Shown here: positions 60,094-64,000 of the stretch, one piece after another
How the letters are laid out: each line of letters starts with the position of its first letter
How positions within the stretch are numbered: position 1 is the stretch's first letter
Program-made: the position numbers and the translations under genes
NCBI GenBank assembly: GCA_965213705.1
Contig: OZ243913.1
Coordinates: forward strand, 2,368,001 to 2,432,000
From: Trueperaceae bacterium
GTDB taxonomy: Bacteria > Deinococcota > Deinococci > Deinococcales > Trueperaceae
Direction of reading: 5' to 3'
Length of the DNA: 64,000 bases
Notes under the pieces: generated by a model
The model's database searches: none
Told to the model about the DNA's origin: nothing
Seen by the model: the letters and a program-made list of their open reading frames with translations, nothing else

Positions 60094-62325
60094 ATGAAGC
60101 GTGTGGGTTCACGGCTGCTTGGTTTTGCCTGCATTCTTGCCCTGGCGGCGTGCGGCGGGGGGGGGACGGGGGGTGGTGGAGGTGACAGCATCTCAGGCAC
60201 CGTCACCGCGCCCGACGGTGTGACAATTACCGACACCGTCGTGTTTGCCTGTTATCAAGGAAGTTGTAACAACTTACAAAGTAAGCAGTTCACGATCAGC
60301 GCGAGCGGTCAAAGCGCCCCGTACGTGTTTAGCGGCCTTGAAGTCGGCCAAAGGTACGCGGTCGTCGCCATTAAAGACGCCAACAATAATGGTCAGATCG
60401 ACGGGAGCGACCACACTGGCGAAGCAGAAGCGCTCGTCGTCGTGCCGGCCAGGAACGTAAATGTAGTGTTGGAACAGGGTAGCAGCTCGATCTCGGGGGC
60501 GGTTGTTTACCCCGGCTCCGTCAGCCCCTTCGCGGTCGCCGGGCAGGGTTCGGGCTTGGAGCGTTTGCGCCTCCCCGAGAATCCGATAGTCAGGTTTCAG
60601 AAGCGTAACGACCTCAACGCTGACCGTCCGTTGGAGCTTGTTCCCGGCGAGGTGCTGGTCAAGTTTGAGGAGGGTATCAGCGTGCAGGGGCTCCGCAGCC
60701 TGCGCGTCGGCGGTACCGAACTCAGCGCGGTGCGCGCCCTCAAGCTCGGCCCCGCCGAGTTGCAGCTCTACCGCGCGAACGGCCTCGGCAAGGCCGCGAC
60801 CCTGGCCTTGGTCGACAGCCTGCGCGCGCGCCCCGACGTGGAGGCGGTCTCGCCCAACTGGGTTTTTCACGCCCTCAAAACACCTGACGACGCGCTTTAT
60901 CCCCTACAGTGGCACTACGAAGCGATGAACCTACCCGCGGCGTGGGACCTGGAGGACGGCGCGGGCTCGGGTGTCACCGTGGCGGTGGTCGACACAGGCG
61001 CGGTCGGTCACCCGGACCTGATTGACAACCTCGTTGGGGGCTACGATTTCATCAGTGATCCCGACAGCGCCGTTGATGGCGATGGCCGCGATCCCAACGC
61101 CTTTGATTCGGAGGGCGACAGCTACCACGGCTCGCACGTGGCGGGTACCATCGCCGCCCAGACGAACAACGGTAATGGCGTTGCGGGCGTTTCCTGGGGT
61201 GCCAAAATAGTGCCCATACGGGTGTTGGGCGTCGGCGGCGGCACCACCGTCGACATCCTCGAGGGGACGGCGTGGGCGGCCGGCCTGTCGGTCGAAGGGG
61301 TCCCGAACAACCGGAACCCGGCCAGAGTCATCAACTTGAGCTTGGGGGGCACCATCAGGGCGCCGTGTAACGCCAACCCGGACTTCGAGATTGCCAACGA
61401 CCTGTTCCAACTGCTCGCCGACAACGGTGTCATCGTGGTCGCGGCGGCAGGCAACGAGAACGAAGACGCGTCCCTAAAGTTCCCGGCGAGCTGTGACGGC
61501 GTCATCACGGTGGGCGCGACCGGGCCGCAGAACACCCGCGCGCCCTACTCGAACTACGGCAGCTTTATCGACGTGATGGCGGCGGGCGGCGACGTCAACC
61601 AGAGCTTCTCGGTGGGCGGCGAGGAGTTCCCGGCGGGCGTGCTGAGCACAATTGCCCAGCAAGACGGAGACGAGTTGGTAGCCGCCTACATCTTTTACCA
61701 AGGTACCTCAATGGCGAGCCCGCATATCGCCGGAATTGTGGCGCTCATGCTCGCTCAAAACCCCAACCTGGGCTTTAACGAGGTGCTGGCGCGCCTGCAG
61801 GGCGCGGCGACGCCCATAAGCTCGTGCAGCGAGGGCTGCGGCGCGGGCCTGGTGAACGCGGCCGCGGCGCTCGGCGGCGGGGGCGGCGGGCCGACCCCGA
61901 CCCCGCCAGCGCCCCCGCCGCCCCCGCCCACGGAGCAGCTCGTCACATACGTCGCGTCGTTCTACTGCAAACTGGGGTGTAACGACTTCGACCTCGAGCG
62001 CTCGCAACTGATCGAGGTGGAAATCACCTCCGACACGGTGCCTTTCACCATATCCGACCTCGAGCCCGGCACCTACCTCGCGGCGGCTTGGCAAGACCTC
62101 AACAGCAACAACCTCGTCGATGCGGGCGAGCCGTTCGGGGTTTACACCGGTGCCAATGGGAACTCGCAGCTGCTCGTGGCCGCCGGCGAATCCATCACCA
62201 ACGTAATCATCGTGATGCAACCCGCCACACCCACGAACCAAGCCGCATCCGCGTCGGGTTCGGCACCCGACCTTTCTGCCGCGCTCGCTAAACTGGCGGC
62301 GAAGCCAACACGGCTCACGCCCTGA
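60094..62325 (+). CDS. S8 (subtilisin-like) serine protease lipoprotein
   Basis: LAAC lipobox, VPGEVLVKF propeptide, VVDTG, HGSHVAG, AAGN and GTSMASPH. Confidence 0.92.
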   Translation: MKRVGSRLLGFACILALAACGGGGTGGGGGDSISGTVTAPDGVTITDTVVFACYQGSCNNLQSKQFTISASGQSAPYVFSGLEVGQRYAVVAIKDANNNGQIDGSDHTGEAEALVVVPARNVNVVLEQGSSSISGAVVYPGSVSPFAVAGQGSGLERLRLPENPIVRFQKRNDLNADRPLELVPGEVLVKFEEGISVQGLRSLRVGGTELSAVRALKLGPAELQLYRANGLGKAATLALVDSLRARPDVEAVSPNWVFHALKTPDDALYPLQWHYEAMNLPAAWDLEDGAGSGVTVAVVDTGAVGHPDLIDNLVGGYDFISDPDSAVDGDGRDPNAFDSEGDSYHGSHVAGTIAAQTNNGNGVAGVSWGAKIVPIRVLGVGGGTTVDILEGTAWAAGLSVEGVPNNRNPARVINLSLGGTIRAPCNANPDFEIANDLFQLLADNGVIVVAAAGNENEDASLKFPASCDGVITVGATGPQNTRAPYSNYGSFIDVMAAGGDVNQSFSVGGEEFPAGVLSTIAQQDGDELVAAYIFYQGTSMASPHIAGIVALMLAQNPNLGFNEVLARLQGAATPISSCSEGCGAGLVNAAAALGGGGGGPTPTPPAPPPPPPTEQLVTYVASFYCKLGCNDFDLERSQLIEVEITSDTVPFTISDLEPGTYLAAAWQDLNSNNLVDAGEPFGVYTGANGNSQLLVAAGESITNVIIVMQPATPTNQAASASGSAPDLSAALAKLAAKPTRLTP

Positions 62326-62339
62326 CGCCCTGATTCATC

Positions 62340-62381
62340 AAAAGAGTGCGGTCGGAACCTCGGCGGCACTCTTTTTGTTTT
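62340..62381 (+). terminator. Intrinsic terminator after the S8 gene
   Basis: AAAAGAGTGC...GCACTCTTTT followed by TGTTTT. Confidence 0.6.
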
Positions 62382-62889
62382 CTGACACCCTTGTTTACGC
62401 CTTTGTTGGCACGTCTGTTGAAGACGGCATCGCGCCCGAGTCCTCAACAGACGTCGTGGTTTTCAAGCGTCCGTCACTTCGTCCCCGAGAGGCTTCACGC
62501 CGAGAACGACGGGGTCTGCGCTCATCAGGATGAGGAGAATGTGTCTCTTTGCCTGCGCAGTTCGACCGTCTTGACACCCTTGAGCCAAGCCTTCGAGATG
62601 ACGCCGTCTTTGGTGACTTACCGCTGTTGTATTGCGCGTAAATGAACGTTCACAAAGCGAACCCGCTGTGCAACACCCTGCGTAACGGCTGAAAATACTA
62701 GGTCGAGTGGGCAGAACGTTCGTTTCTGGGTGGGACAGACCTGCTGAAGACTGTGGAAGTTTTGAGTTTATACCGCTTCCTAAGAAGTTACAGGGGAGAA
62801 CGAACACCAGAAAGTGAGGTGTGGTATTTTTTTGCGCTCCCCGGCAGAAACGTTTTGAAAACGGCTGGGGCGCTTTTGTTGGGTTGACC

Positions 62890-62919
62890 TTGACAGTCGT
62901 ACCGCCCGCCCGCTAAACT
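62890..62919 (+). promoter_or_regulatory. Promoter of tRNA-Gln
   Basis: TTGACA-18 nt-TAAACT, 12 nt before the tRNA. Confidence 0.65.
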
Positions 62920-62931
62920 CATGAACGGTGT

Positions 62932-63005
62932 TGGCCCATCGTCTAATGGCAGGACAACTGTTTTTGGCACAGTCGGTCGGGGTTCGAGTCCCTGTGGGCC
63001 AGCCA
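62932..63005 (+). tRNA. tRNA-Gln(TTG)
   Basis: TGGCCCA...TGGGCCA-G-CCA; anticodon arm ACTGT-TTTTGGC-ACAGT. Confidence 0.95.
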
Positions 63006-63036
63006 AGCTAAAAAGAGCGTGCCAAACGCTCGGACG

Positions 63037-63064
63037 AAGAGGCTCACGCTCGAGCCTCTTTTTT
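63037..63064 (+). terminator. Terminator after tRNA-Gln
   Basis: AAGAGGCTC-6 nt-GAGCCTCTT followed by TTTT. Confidence 0.7.
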
Positions 63065-63261
63065 CTGTGCCGTCCCGCCCCTTCCCCGTCAAGTTTGTAA
63101 ACCTACAGAGCAGCGTCTGCTGCTTGGTCTGCGACCTTTTAGGGTAGGCTCGCAAGGCTGAAAGCAGCCAGGTCGTGAATTCGAACCCCGGCGGTTCGCG
63201 AAGCCTAAAAATTTTACGCCGCTGCGTTTTCAGCGGTGCTAAGCTGAAGTAAGGAGTCGGC

Positions 63262-64000
63262 TTGAACCTCAACCAAACGCTTCAACAAGTCGTAAACAAG
63301 TTTGCCAGCTGGCTCGAGACCGCCATTTTGCTCTTGCCCAACTTGGTCGGGGCGTTCATCGTCTTGTTTGTCTTTTGGTGGCTCGCACGCCTGACGCGGG
63401 GTTTGGTGCGCAACCTCCTCAAGCGGGTCTCGGACAACCGGCAAATAGTCGGCCTGCTCGCCACGCTCTCCTACGTCGGCGTGATGGCGGTCGGCGCGTT
63501 TGTGGCGCTGGGTATCTTGAACCTGGACAAGACCGTGACGGCGCTGCTCGCGGGCGTCGGGGTTATCGGCTTGGCCCTGGGTTTCGCTTTTCAAGACTTG
63601 GCGGCCAACTTTATGTCGGGCGTGCTCATGGCGATTCGGCGACCCTTTGAAATAGACCACGTTATCGAGACCAACGGCTTTATGGGCATGGTCGAGGACA
63701 TCTCTTTGCGTTCGACGCTGCTCAGGACGTTTCAGGGTCAAATCGTCATGCTGCCCAACAAAGAGGTGTTCGGCAACCCCCTTATCAACTACAGCTTGCG
63801 GCGCAAGCGGCGCGTCGACCTGAGTTGCGGCGTCGCTTACGGGGACGACCTAGAAATGGTGCGCCGGGTCGCCCTGGCAGCCGTCAGCAGTCTCAAAATG
63901 CGCGACCCCAACCGTGAGGTAGAGCTTTTTTTCAACGAGTTCGGCGACAGCTCCATCAACTTCTCGGTGCGGTTCTGGATTGACTTTTTCAAACAGACGG
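63262..64000 (+). CDS. MscS family mechanosensitive channel (3' end outside the window)
   Basis: AAGGAG then TTG; translation gives LLPNLVGA...GLALGFAFQDLAANFMSG...RPF...VAYGDDL...FGDSSINF. Confidence 0.92.
   Translation, partial: MNLNQTLQQVVNKFASWLETAILLLPNLVGAFIVLFVFWWLARLTRGLVRNLLKRVSDNRQIVGLLATLSYVGVMAVGAFVALGILNLDKTVTALLAGVGVIGLALGFAFQDLAANFMSGVLMAIRRPFEIDHVIETNGFMGMVEDISLRSTLLRTFQGQIVMLPNKEVFGNPLINYSLRRKRRVDLSCGVAYGDDLEMVRRVALAAVSSLKMRDPNREVELFFNEFGDSSINFSVRFWIDFFKQT

Noticed and set aside
62382..62889. 500-bp gap before tRNA-Gln as a gene remnant or integration site
   Set aside because: No convincing ORF, tRNA-end duplication or integrase fragment was seen.

Overview
GC-rich bacterial chromosomal window, most likely Deinococcota (Trueperaceae-like). 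This is inferred from a LysW-type kinase, many apparently leaderless genes and BTAD-NTPase-TPR regulators next to S8 lipoproteins. Most of the window is housekeeping: ychF, hom/thrC, hpf, guaB, rbfA, lysZ, recN, leuC/D/B, TctABC, recR-ybaB-dnaX, gap, four tRNAs and SRP RNA. Two VapBC pairs and several small accessory genes are interspersed. Highlights: (1) a four-helix-bundle gene between leuC and leuD is enclosed by inverted 7-nt-periodic repeats, and gene-less copies of similar heptamer arrays sit in other intergenic gaps; (2) an uncharacterised operon encodes a coiled-coil protein, a DUF4259-like protein, a hypothetical protein, an AAA+ ATPase and a DUF6638-like protein; (3) dnaX has a -1 frameshift signal in which the shift gives the LONG product; (4) leuC has a leaderless Leu/Val-rich leader-peptide attenuator; (5) CTCGAG is strongly over-represented; (6) there is an unannotated 58-aa ORF and a decayed antitoxin-like/HNH pair. 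No CRISPR array, rRNA or transposase was seen. All family names come from motif recognition by eye, not database searches.
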